Shown: piece after piece, positions 9,560 through 17,779 of the stretch | Position numbering within the stretch: position 1 is the first letter of the stretch | How the letters are laid out: each line of letters begins with the position of its first letter | Notes under the pieces: model-generated | Database searches by the model: none | What the model was told of the DNA's origin: nothing | What the model saw: the letters and a program-made list of their open reading frames with translations, nothing else | Made by a program: the position numbers and the translations under genes | Assembly (NCBI GenBank): GCA_963789265.1 | Contig: CAWBKB010000007.1 | Location: 256,001 to 320,000, forward strand | Length of the DNA stretch: 64,000 nt | Direction of reading: 5' to 3' | Source: an uncultured delta proteobacterium | Lineage (GTDB): Bacteria; Desulfobacterota; Desulfomonilia; Desulfomonilales; Desulfomonilaceae

Positions 9560-11554
9560 TCACAGCTCCAAGCCTGACCGCGCCAACCATTGACCGAATG
9601 ATGCAGCATGCATCATATAGTGCAGCGACCCCACAGGTCGCGCTCGGAATCTCGAATAAGCCCTGCTGAGGGCCTGCACGTCGATGTACTCCGGAATAGC
9701 CTTTGAACTGCCCAGTATCGCCTCTTCCGCGAGTTCTCGGTCCAACCGCATCAGCCAATAGCTGACGCTGGGCCCAAAGTCCACTTTGTCTGCGCGGTGC
9801 TGAATCTCTCCTGGCAATATCCCCGCCATTGCGCGGCGCATGACCATTCTGGTCAGCCCTTTGTGCAGCTTCTGCTCCGGCGGAAGGGCCAGACAAAACT
9901 CCATGAGCCTTTGATCCCGAAACGGGTGCCGCACCTCCATCTTGAAGCGGGCTGACATCTTATTGATGGATTCTATCTGATGGGTAATACCACCCCAGGT
10001 GATTTCATACCAGTGTACAAGCCTGGAATTCTTCGGAGGCCCCAGCCTATGGGCCTGCAACGCATTGAATCGTTCCTTGAGCCCAATTCGTTTTGCAAAA
10101 TCTCGGTTGATAAAGGTGTCGCGGTCCCAGGGCCGCTCGCCCCGCCCGGAAAGAAGTCTCCAGGTACGCCGAACCCCGGCCGGTGTGAGTGGTTTGACGG
10201 CCTGTCGCCACAGCAACCCCCAAAAACCGCAATGCCTATTTCTGGAAAGAGCACGCACTTCACGCAGCAACGTGGGCAATTCCCCTTTTCGCAAAAGTTC
10301 CGGAAGCCAACCGTAACCGTGAGATACGGTGGTGTCACCGTCAATGCCGTCAAGGACTACACGAACTCCCAATCCCAAAACCAACCCTCCCAATGAGGCG
10401 GCATAAGAATTGGGCGCATCAAACGGATCGTCGTGGTCCCAGGGATCGCACTCAACGTACGGCAGGGTTCCTACCTGCTCACCGTCGAAATAATGTGGCT
10501 CGATCCCACCCTGATCGACCACGGCCTTTATGTAGCCTCTTTCATCACATTCGGAAACATTGTTGTAGACCAATGACATAGCCCGCAGTATTTCGGTTCT
10601 TGTTTCGGGCAATAGATTTCGTGCCACGCAAGTCACCGATGAAGAATCGAGGCCTCCACTTAAGCTGGACATCATCGGATAAGCGCTCCGTAATCGGCAG
10701 CGGACGGCTTCGGAGAAAATTTCTCGGAACGCGTCGGCATATTCCGCATCGGAGCCCAGGTGCAATTCTCTGTTGGGATCGAGGGACCAGTAGCATTTGA
10801 GCCGGTATCGGTTCGGTTCGATAGTTATGCTGTGCCCGGGAGGGAGACGCTGAATCCCCTTGTAAAAGGTCATGACCTGGTCATCGGACATTCCTATGAG
10901 ATAGTCGCCAACCATAAGTTCATTGAGCCGTCTCGGGATCTCCGGCAAGGCGAACAGAGCGCGAATTTCCGACCCGAAGACAAATACTTTATCCGAAAGG
11001 TAGTAATAGAAAGGTCTGTCCCCGGACGCGTCCCGGGCACAGAACGCGACGCTCTGTTTGCGATCCACGATGCAGAAGGCGAAATCCCCCACGAGCTTCT
11101 CTGCACAGCCTTCGCCCCATTTTTCGTACGCCCGGAGTATAATGCAGCTATCGGTAATGTCCCGCGCAGGCCCTCCTGTTCTGGGTGGGACAGGCATCTT
11201 GCCTGTCTCTAAATGACAGGCAAGATGCCTGTCCCACTGGTCCTTGGGTAGAACCGCCACTTCTTGGATGGCGCCTTGACGTGAGCCCCACAGAGCGGAA
11301 ACGAGTTCATCCCGGTTGTCTATGCGGGCATCAGCAGTGATGACGAAACGCCCGGTTTCATCGGATTTTGGGAGTTTTTCAAGCAAGGACTCCGGCGTAG
11401 TATGGAGCATCAGATGCCCGAGCCCCAACGAGCCCCCATTCCAGACCGACGATCCATCGGGACCCCGATAAGCTATCGCTTCGAGCATACCAGTAACCAC
11501 GGAGCTATCCAGAGGTCTTCCGTCGCGGAAAAATGCGCCGACGAGGCCGCTCAT
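9560..11554 (-). CDS. Lasso peptide cyclase (asparagine-synthetase-like C protein)
   Basis: N-terminal MSG (no catalytic Cys), RGPDG, ARIDNRDEL, GDFAF, SLSGGLDSS, PFRDQRLMEF; adjacent to B2 and RRE genes. Confidence 0.9.
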   Translation of the reverse strand: MSGLVGAFFRDGRPLDSSVVTGMLEAIAYRGPDGSSVWNGGSLGLGHLMLHTTPESLLEKLPKSDETGRFVITADARIDNRDELVSALWGSRQGAIQEVAVLPKDQWDRHLACHLETGKMPVPPRTGGPARDITDSCIILRAYEKWGEGCAEKLVGDFAFCIVDRKQSVAFCARDASGDRPFYYYLSDKVFVFGSEIRALFALPEIPRRLNELMVGDYLIGMSDDQVMTFYKGIQRLPPGHSITIEPNRYRLKCYWSLDPNRELHLGSDAEYADAFREIFSEAVRCRLRSAYPMMSSLSGGLDSSSVTCVARNLLPETRTEILRAMSLVYNNVSECDERGYIKAVVDQGGIEPHYFDGEQVGTLPYVECDPWDHDDPFDAPNSYAASLGGLVLGLGVRVVLDGIDGDTTVSHGYGWLPELLRKGELPTLLREVRALSRNRHCGFWGLLWRQAVKPLTPAGVRRTWRLLSGRGERPWDRDTFINRDFAKRIGLKERFNALQAHRLGPPKNSRLVHWYEITWGGITHQIESINKMSARFKMEVRHPFRDQRLMEFCLALPPEQKLHKGLTRMVMRRAMAGILPGEIQHRADKVDFGPSVSYWLMRLDRELAEEAILGSSKAIPEYIDVQALSRAYSRFRARPVGSLHYMMHAASFGQWLARSGLEL
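11185..11237. repeat. Perfect 23-bp inverted repeat (REP-like) inside the cyclase ORF
   Basis: GTGGGACAGGCATCTTGCCTGTC-tctaaat-GACAGGCAAGATGCCTGTCCCAC. Confidence 0.85.
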
Positions 11555-11994
11555 AGGCTATTCCCGTCGAAGCGAGGCAACACAGTGAAGCGACTTGAGG
11601 CCGGTGCGCCCACAACTATCACCCCCTGTGTTTCCACCCAGGCATGGGCTTCCAAGCGCCCGTCTTCTCCTCTGCTTACACCGATGCGCATGAGCGCAGG
11701 ATAACCCCAGCACGCAAATAATATCTTTGCAGCAAACGCTTGAGTAAGACACCCGGCGCCAAAAGGCATTCGCCGGCTTACAGCGGTAACGGCCCAGACT
11801 ATGCGTTCAGAAGAGGGAGACAAGGAGTTCGCTCGTTTTGAAAACCGTTGCGGCAACTCATCGGCGAGATGGAGCAGTCTCCTGAACGAAAACAGCCGGA
11901 GAGCCGCTCCCACGAGGCCCAGTACGAGAGCGGCGCTGAGAAGGAGGCGCCGATCAATCGAGGAGAGACCTACAAACTTACGCAGGAGCCTCAT
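11551..11994 (-). CDS. Lasso peptide B2 leader peptidase (transglutaminase-like)
   Basis: CLTQA...IGV...EAHAWVE catalytic Cys/His. Confidence 0.9.
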   Translation of the reverse strand: MRLLRKFVGLSSIDRRLLLSAALVLGLVGAALRLFSFRRLLHLADELPQRFSKRANSLSPSSERIVWAVTAVSRRMPFGAGCLTQAFAAKILFACWGYPALMRIGVSRGEDGRLEAHAWVETQGVIVVGAPASSRFTVLPRFDGNSL

Positions 11995-12295
11995 TCCTAA
12001 CCTCTATAAGACCTGCGTCCTCAAGTTTGCCGAGAAGCACAATGAGGTCTTTTTCACACCGCTCCACATCAACATCGTATTCACGTTCAATTTGGTTTCG
12101 GATTTGCTCGACTCTAATCGGCTCGCTCAGCAGGCTCCAAATTCGGGCACCAACTTCATTCAGGCCGTAGTACATGCCGTCATTGAGATTGAGAATCGCG
12201 GCCTCACCAGTCAAGTCACAGGATACCTGGTCCTTGCTCACGACCACGATCGATCCATGAGAAATTTCTGACATCGGGGATGATTCTCGATCCAA
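11978..12295 (-). CDS. PqqD-family RiPP recognition element (lasso B1)
   Basis: DQVSCDLTGEAAILNL..GMYYGLNEVGARIWSLL...EYDV...DL..LL.KLEDAGLI. Confidence 0.9.
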   Translation of the reverse strand: MDRESSPMSEISHGSIVVVSKDQVSCDLTGEAAILNLNDGMYYGLNEVGARIWSLLSEPIRVEQIRNQIEREYDVDVERCEKDLIVLLGKLEDAGLIEVRNEAPA

Positions 12296-12357
12296 TTTTC
12301 TCGTTCACAGTCGCTGGGAATGCCTGCCTTGGAAACTCTACTTCGAATATGACATTG

Positions 12358-12673
12358 AAGTGAAGGCTCCACCGCCTGAAGGCGGTGGCTTCGGCGGCAT
12401 TTTCGCTCCCCCGGATGAATCCGGCGGTCGCTGCCGCCAGAAGACCGGGGTCGGTCTCGACGTAGGATGCTGGTGAGCCCGCGTTCCGCGGTGGGAGAAC
12501 CGCATCAATCGAGAAAAAACCGCGAACGATGCGGTTCGTCTAGCGTGCCGCGGGACTCACCGGCATCCTACGGGAATCTTTGCATCTTGTTCCGCGCCAG
12601 CACACGGTTGTATGTACTGAAGTCTTCGCCTGAAGGCGAAGGTTTTTCTCCCATTCCCCGAGGGGGACAATAA
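12358..12673 (-). mobile_element. Non-autonomous IS200-like element lacking tnpA, with a GTAG REP doublet inside
   Basis: Minus strand starts TTATTGTC...CCTTCGCCTTCAGGCGAAG and ends GCCACCGCCTTCAGGCGGTGG...CACTT (IS200-type subterminal hairpins). Interior GTAGGATGC...GCATCCTAC at 12462..12571. Confidence 0.55.
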
Positions 12674-12751
12674 TGGCGGTCTGAGAGCAGAGCCAGCCAG
12701 ATGTGGGTTCCCACGCGGAGCTTGAGAACCGGAAAGCCGTGAACTCATGCC

Positions 12752-15061
12752 TCACGCGCTGCGCTTCTGATAGTACCTGTGGTAGTGATAATCGTACCGG
12801 CCGCGACCGTACTTGTAGTAGCTATAGCCTGACGACCTTCCCCCGGCCATGTTCAACACTATTCCGAGTACACGCCCCTGGCCTCGGAACACAGAGTCTT
12901 TTGCCTGCCGCAACACCTCGACAGGAGTCTTGCCGGCTTTCATCACGAGGACCAGGCCGTCGGCGTAGCTGGAAAGAATTGTCGCATCAACTAGCCCCAG
13001 CACCGGAGGAGCATCAAGGATCACATAATCAAACGTTTTCCTACACGCTTCAAGGATTTGCCGGAAGATTTTGGTCTTTAGCAGGGGCACAGGGTTGTCC
13101 GGCGTAGTCCCTGACGTCATGTAGAACAGCCCCGGGATATGGGATTTCCTGATAGCATCCTTGATTTCCACGCACTTACCCGTTATCAGATCGCTGAGGC
13201 CGGTGGCGACGGGCTCGCTATTGAACACTTCGTGAATGCGCGGCCTCCTCAGATCGCAGTCGATTATAAGCACCTTCTTATGCTCTGATGAGATAACTGT
13301 CGCAATAACAACGGAAACGAGGGTCTTCCCTTCAAGAGGGAGCGCGCTGGAGACACACATTATTGAAGACCCTGTATCGGCTGGGATACAGGTTGAAATA
13401 GTATTTTGAATGATCCGGACCGCATCGGTGAACGGAGATGAAGGAAATTCATGAGCCATAAATTCAAATCGGGTTTTCTTCGGGTTAATTTGCATGAAAC
13501 CACGGCCGCGCTCTATTATCGGAACCGCTCCCAGAATAGGAAGATTGAGATGTTTCTCAATCTCATCGGGCGTCTTGGCGGTAGTGTCGATAATAGCGAG
13601 CCCCACGGCCAAGACAATCCCTCCAAACAATCCTAACATAGCGCCCATTAGTATGATCTTGTGTTTCTGAGGGCTTATCGGCGCTACCGGCAGCGTGGGC
13701 GAGCTGTTTATCGTAACATTGTGGCCCATAATCCCATGATCCAATTCGGCCTGCTTCGTCTTCTGGAGGAGCATCAGATACGTTTGGCTGTTGGCCTGAA
13801 CCAACTTCTTCAGGATCTCGGACTGAACCGCCAGGGATTTTATATTCAACGCGGCTTGCTTTGTCTTCTCGTACGCGGCTTTGGACACGGCCTCGTTTTT
13901 GCGCGCCTGTTCCACAGCAGAAGACAAAGTGTTTTTTTCGATTTCGGCTATGGCCTCCTCCATTGACCGAATTTGGTTCTTCAACAAGGCCATCTTGAAG
14001 TACTCGGGAGCATATATGGCCTTCTTGCCGGTATATTCAGACTTCAGCGAAGCAAGTTTGCTCCTCAGGGTCTGCAAATACTCATTGGTAACATTGGGAG
14101 GCAAAGCCTTCTCTTTTTCATATTGCTCAGCCTCGAGGTTGATGCGCTGCTCTTTGGATTGCAGCACGGATTCGTTGGCTTTTTCAAAGGAATTGAGCAC
14201 TTGATTGGCGGTCCTATCGGTAAAAAACACCCCGTGCTCTTTAGTGAACTCGAGGAGCTTGGCCTCAGACTGTTTCAATTGTTTCTCGGTTTCAGCCAAC
14301 TCGCCGTTCAACCAGGATCTGACTCTGGAAACGATCTCGCCCCTCTTTCGGCGGGTTTCGTCTATATACGTATTGAGGTAGGCCCGGAGCCTCCTCTTTG
14401 CCACCAACGGATCTGATGCCCCCATTTCCACCCGTATTAACTGCGTCCCTTTAATAGGCTTAACGGTAATTTGTGAAAGGACGGCGCTGATCGCCGCGTC
14501 GTTCCCGCGCTCCCGCGCGTCGGCGTCTCTGCTGTCCGACCCGGCGGGATTTGACGGCTCGGCCGTCGGAACCTCGGGTTGGGAAGCCGGCGCCATGTCG
14601 GCAGGCTTCTGACTCGCGGCTTCGGACGACCGCGCTTCATTCACCCGTTCCAGGAACTTTGCCGCCAGGCTTCTGCTTTGCAAAGACTCTATCTGAGTCT
14701 GGTAATAAAGATCGAATTGACCGAAAAACGAAAACAAATCATTCAAATTCGTTGAAGTTGGAAATATCTTTTCAATTTCTATGGTTGCACGCGAACGGTA
14801 CAGAGGAGTGGCATGGTAAGCGTAGCCAGCTCCAATACTCGCGCCCAAGAGGAGCATCGCGATTACGATCCATTTTCGATAAAGTATTGCATATAGATAG
14901 TCCGAGAGAGGTTTGCGCTCTTCAAACGGCACATCTATGAACCCGGGGATTTGGCCGTAGCCCTGGGTCAATTCCATCCACGGTGGTTGGCCGTTCTCGC
15001 TGAGGGTTTTGCCCGGGGGAAGAGGATTGCTCATTCCGGAACCCTGGTTGATGCCATTCAT
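12752..15061 (-). CDS. wzc: Polysaccharide co-polymerase / BY tyrosine kinase (Wzc/GumC)
   Basis: Two TM segments, coiled coil, Walker A SALPLEGKT, IDCDLRRP, ILDAPP, C-terminal Tyr cluster. Confidence 0.85.
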   Translation of the reverse strand: MNGINQGSGMSNPLPPGKTLSENGQPPWMELTQGYGQIPGFIDVPFEERKPLSDYLYAILYRKWIVIAMLLLGASIGAGYAYHATPLYRSRATIEIEKIFPTSTNLNDLFSFFGQFDLYYQTQIESLQSRSLAAKFLERVNEARSSEAASQKPADMAPASQPEVPTAEPSNPAGSDSRDADARERGNDAAISAVLSQITVKPIKGTQLIRVEMGASDPLVAKRRLRAYLNTYIDETRRKRGEIVSRVRSWLNGELAETEKQLKQSEAKLLEFTKEHGVFFTDRTANQVLNSFEKANESVLQSKEQRINLEAEQYEKEKALPPNVTNEYLQTLRSKLASLKSEYTGKKAIYAPEYFKMALLKNQIRSMEEAIAEIEKNTLSSAVEQARKNEAVSKAAYEKTKQAALNIKSLAVQSEILKKLVQANSQTYLMLLQKTKQAELDHGIMGHNVTINSSPTLPVAPISPQKHKIILMGAMLGLFGGIVLAVGLAIIDTTAKTPDEIEKHLNLPILGAVPIIERGRGFMQINPKKTRFEFMAHEFPSSPFTDAVRIIQNTISTCIPADTGSSIMCVSSALPLEGKTLVSVVIATVISSEHKKVLIIDCDLRRPRIHEVFNSEPVATGLSDLITGKCVEIKDAIRKSHIPGLFYMTSGTTPDNPVPLLKTKIFRQILEACRKTFDYVILDAPPVLGLVDATILSSYADGLVLVMKAGKTPVEVLRQAKDSVFRGQGRVLGIVLNMAGGRSSGYSYYKYGRGRYDYHYHRYYQKRSA

Positions 15062-15172
15062 TCTATTTGTCCTTTATAGCCATGATATCCGGTCGAAGAA
15101 CACGTTTCAACGGCTTTGTTGATACTGCGGCTGCGAAGCCATATTTGCAGCGCTTTACCGCGGATTGTTAAG

Positions 15173-15841
15173 TTATTTCAGTCCGCACGAGGCAAGCAGC
15201 CCCTGCTCCGCCGGATGCGCTCCCATCCAATCGACTTGTCCCGACTCTATATCATAGACGGCGCCTACCAACGCCAAATTGCCATTCTTGACCTCCCTGC
15301 GAACGATTGCGCTGGATTTCAACAGCGTCTCTGCCGTAATCCAAACATTGGCCTTCACTGCCTCGTATACGAGTAGGTCTCCAATCGCTCCCGGATAATC
15401 AGCCTTTGCCTTGGCCACTGCCGGAGCAATGAGGGCCGCAAGCTCGGCAATATTTCCGGAGCATTCCTCACCTTGTACGACCGCTCCTACGGCACCGCAG
15501 CGGGTGTGACCGAGCACCACGACCACGGACGTTCCCAGATGCGCTACGGCGTATTCTATGGAACCCATTTCAGTGCCGGATGCGACGTTCCCAGCCACGC
15601 GCACAACGAATATGTCGCCTATTCCCCTGTCAAAAATGAGCTCCACCGGCACCCTCGAGTCTGAGCAGGCAAGAACCGCGGCAAATGGCTGTTGTCCTTG
15701 CCAGGCGGTCAAGCTCCGCCGTTGCCGATCCTGATTCGGATTCTGCCCATTACCGCGGACATAGCGGCCGTTCCCCTCCCTGAGCCAATCCAGGGCTTCA
15801 TAGCTTGGCAGCTTTGCGTCCGGCATCGCCATAGTCTCCAT
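15173..15841 (-). CDS. Beta-class carbonic anhydrase
   Basis: ACSDSRVP, RVAGN, GHTRCGA. Confidence 0.9.
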   Translation of the reverse strand: METMAMPDAKLPSYEALDWLREGNGRYVRGNGQNPNQDRQRRSLTAWQGQQPFAAVLACSDSRVPVELIFDRGIGDIFVVRVAGNVASGTEMGSIEYAVAHLGTSVVVVLGHTRCGAVGAVVQGEECSGNIAELAALIAPAVAKAKADYPGAIGDLLVYEAVKANVWITAETLLKSSAIVRREVKNGNLALVGAVYDIESGQVDWMGAHPAEQGLLASCGLK

Positions 15842-15890
15842 CCGCCTGGGTCATCAAGTCTTCCCGGGCCTTCAGGACGAACAAATTGCC

Positions 15891-16973
15891 TTAACTTTCC
15901 GGGGTCGCACCGTGGGCCAGAAACTCCGCGATCAGGTAATCCGGCAGCATCTTTGTCACCAACCCCTTTTCCAAAACCGCTAGAGGCATGGAAGGATCCA
16001 CACAGTTGTTTATATCCTGAATAACTGAGACTCCGCCCGCTTCGCGAATTTGAGACAGCCCTTCAGCCCCGTCCCTCCCGGGACCCGTCATAATTATTCC
16101 CACTGCCCGGCGACCCGCGATCTGAGCGCAGGATTCAAACAGTTTATCAATGGCCCCGTCTCCGTTGTTGTGAAAGGTGTTAGATCCGAAACTCAACATC
16201 ACGTTGCCATCGACTTCAGGCTCAAGGAAGGGACCGGAGTCGCCCGAACAAAGATAGCAAGTCCCGGTTTCAATCGGCGAGGCGCAATCAGCCTTCTTTA
16301 CAGAGACCGTACTGTGTGCATCGAGATAAGCTACAAAGGGATCCAGGTAACGCGAACTGACCATAATGACCGCGATCAAGACGTCTTGGAAATCCGCAGG
16401 AAGGTACGGGATTACCCTTAGCAAGCCATAGTATCCACCCGTTCCCGTACCGATGCCGATGAAGCGAGTTGCAGGACCTGGAGCTAGCTTGTTGGAGTTG
16501 AAGCTCCCAAGCTGCTCCTTGGGTGCCAGCCTCATGTATCGGAATCGTCCCGTCCTGATCGAAGCGGCTCGCTTGACTTTGGTTATAATGTCATTCTCTT
16601 GAGCCTCAAGGCTCACATCCTCACGCCGAGAAGGCTTGGCTATCACGTCGATTGCGCCATACTTGAGGGCATCGAAGGTGGTCTTGGCCCCTTCCACTGT
16701 GAGGGAGCTGATCATAACCGTGGGGACTGGATGCTTCACCATGATGTGCTTGAGCGCGGTTATGCCATTCATCACGGGCATCTCTACATCCATGGTAACT
16801 ACGTCCGGATTGAGATTCCGGATCATCTGGAGAGCTTCCAAGCCGTCTTTAGCCCATCCCACGACCTGGAACTTCTCGTCATTCTCCAGAATGTTAGTGA
16901 TCTGGCGGCCCATAAGCGCGGAATCGTCCACCACCAGGACCCTAATTTTTGATTCACCGGGCTCCCGGGTCAT
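15891..16973 (-). CDS. cheB: CheB-like protein (REC + methylesterase fold), catalytic Ser and His missing
   Basis: REC (VVDDS, DVEMP) plus CheB domain; GTGTGG replaces GASTGG, no QHM, TGPGRDG retained. Confidence 0.8.
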   Translation of the reverse strand: MTREPGESKIRVLVVDDSALMGRQITNILENDEKFQVVGWAKDGLEALQMIRNLNPDVVTMDVEMPVMNGITALKHIMVKHPVPTVMISSLTVEGAKTTFDALKYGAIDVIAKPSRREDVSLEAQENDIITKVKRAASIRTGRFRYMRLAPKEQLGSFNSNKLAPGPATRFIGIGTGTGGYYGLLRVIPYLPADFQDVLIAVIMVSSRYLDPFVAYLDAHSTVSVKKADCASPIETGTCYLCSGDSGPFLEPEVDGNVMLSFGSNTFHNNGDGAIDKLFESCAQIAGRRAVGIIMTGPGRDGAEGLSQIREAGGVSVIQDINNCVDPSMPLAVLEKGLVTKMLPDYLIAEFLAHGATPES

Positions 16974-17763
16974 CTGCTCCGCCTTTGGGTCCTTTTTTTC
17001 CCGATAAAACCTCCCTTGCCAATTGAATGTAGGCTTTGGCACCGGGAGACTGAATATCAAATGCAATAACAGGCGCTTGGCGATAAGGAACCTCCGCCAG
17101 ACGAGGGTCTCTGGGAACGATGGTCCGAAAGACGTGGTCCCTTAAATACTGCCGCACCTCCTGTACCACTTTCACGGTGAATCCGGCTCTTTTGTCGGCC
17201 ATAGTCAAGAGAAAGCCGAAAATCGCAAGTTTGGTATTGTGAAGCCTCTTGACTTCGAGCGCGGCCCTTAATACTCGGCCTACGGTTCCCATCGAGGCAT
17301 ACTCACATTGGACCGGGACCAAGTACGAATCAGCCGCGATCAAGGCGGCATACGTGGGATTGTCCATCCTGGGAGGGCAATCGAGAAAGATGAAATCGTA
17401 CGCGGGCCTGATTCGCTCGAAGAAACGGTAGAACATACCGGTGTCTCGCTGCAAGACTCCGCAATAAAAGGCCTCGTCGGAAATAGACCTTACATTGGAA
17501 GGAATGAAACTCAGATGGGGCAAACGGGGATGAGCCGGATATATTGCATCCTGGGGGGCTGTACCATCTCGGATGACGTCGAGCACGCCGGTAGGCGCAT
17601 CCTCGGGTTCCAGGCCAAAGCTCTTTGCCAATCCACACTGAGGATCCACGCCGACCAGGAGGACTTTCCTCTTGATGGCAGAAATGCAGGCTCCCAGGTT
17701 CACGGCTGTTGAGGTTTTGCCTACCCCGCCTTTCTGGCTGACAATGGCAATGATCTGGCCCAT
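16954..17763 (-). CDS. ParA/Soj-family ATPase (ParC-like, within the chemosensory operon)
   Basis: QKGGVGKTS, DPQ, LDCPP, PVQCEY. Confidence 0.85.
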   Translation of the reverse strand: MGQIIAIVSQKGGVGKTSTAVNLGACISAIKRKVLLVGVDPQCGLAKSFGLEPEDAPTGVLDVIRDGTAPQDAIYPAHPRLPHLSFIPSNVRSISDEAFYCGVLQRDTGMFYRFFERIRPAYDFIFLDCPPRMDNPTYAALIAADSYLVPVQCEYASMGTVGRVLRAALEVKRLHNTKLAIFGFLLTMADKRAGFTVKVVQEVRQYLRDHVFRTIVPRDPRLAEVPYRQAPVIAFDIQSPGAKAYIQLAREVLSGKKGPKGGADDPGAR

Positions 17764-17779
17764 AGGCTTGGATTACCTC

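Noticed and set aside
9560..11554. Housekeeping asparagine synthetase AsnB
   Set aside because: It lacks the N-terminal catalytic Cys and sits with B1, B2 and a lasso precursor.
16954..17763. Chromosome or plasmid partition system
   Set aside because: No parB nearby and the gene lies inside a che operon.
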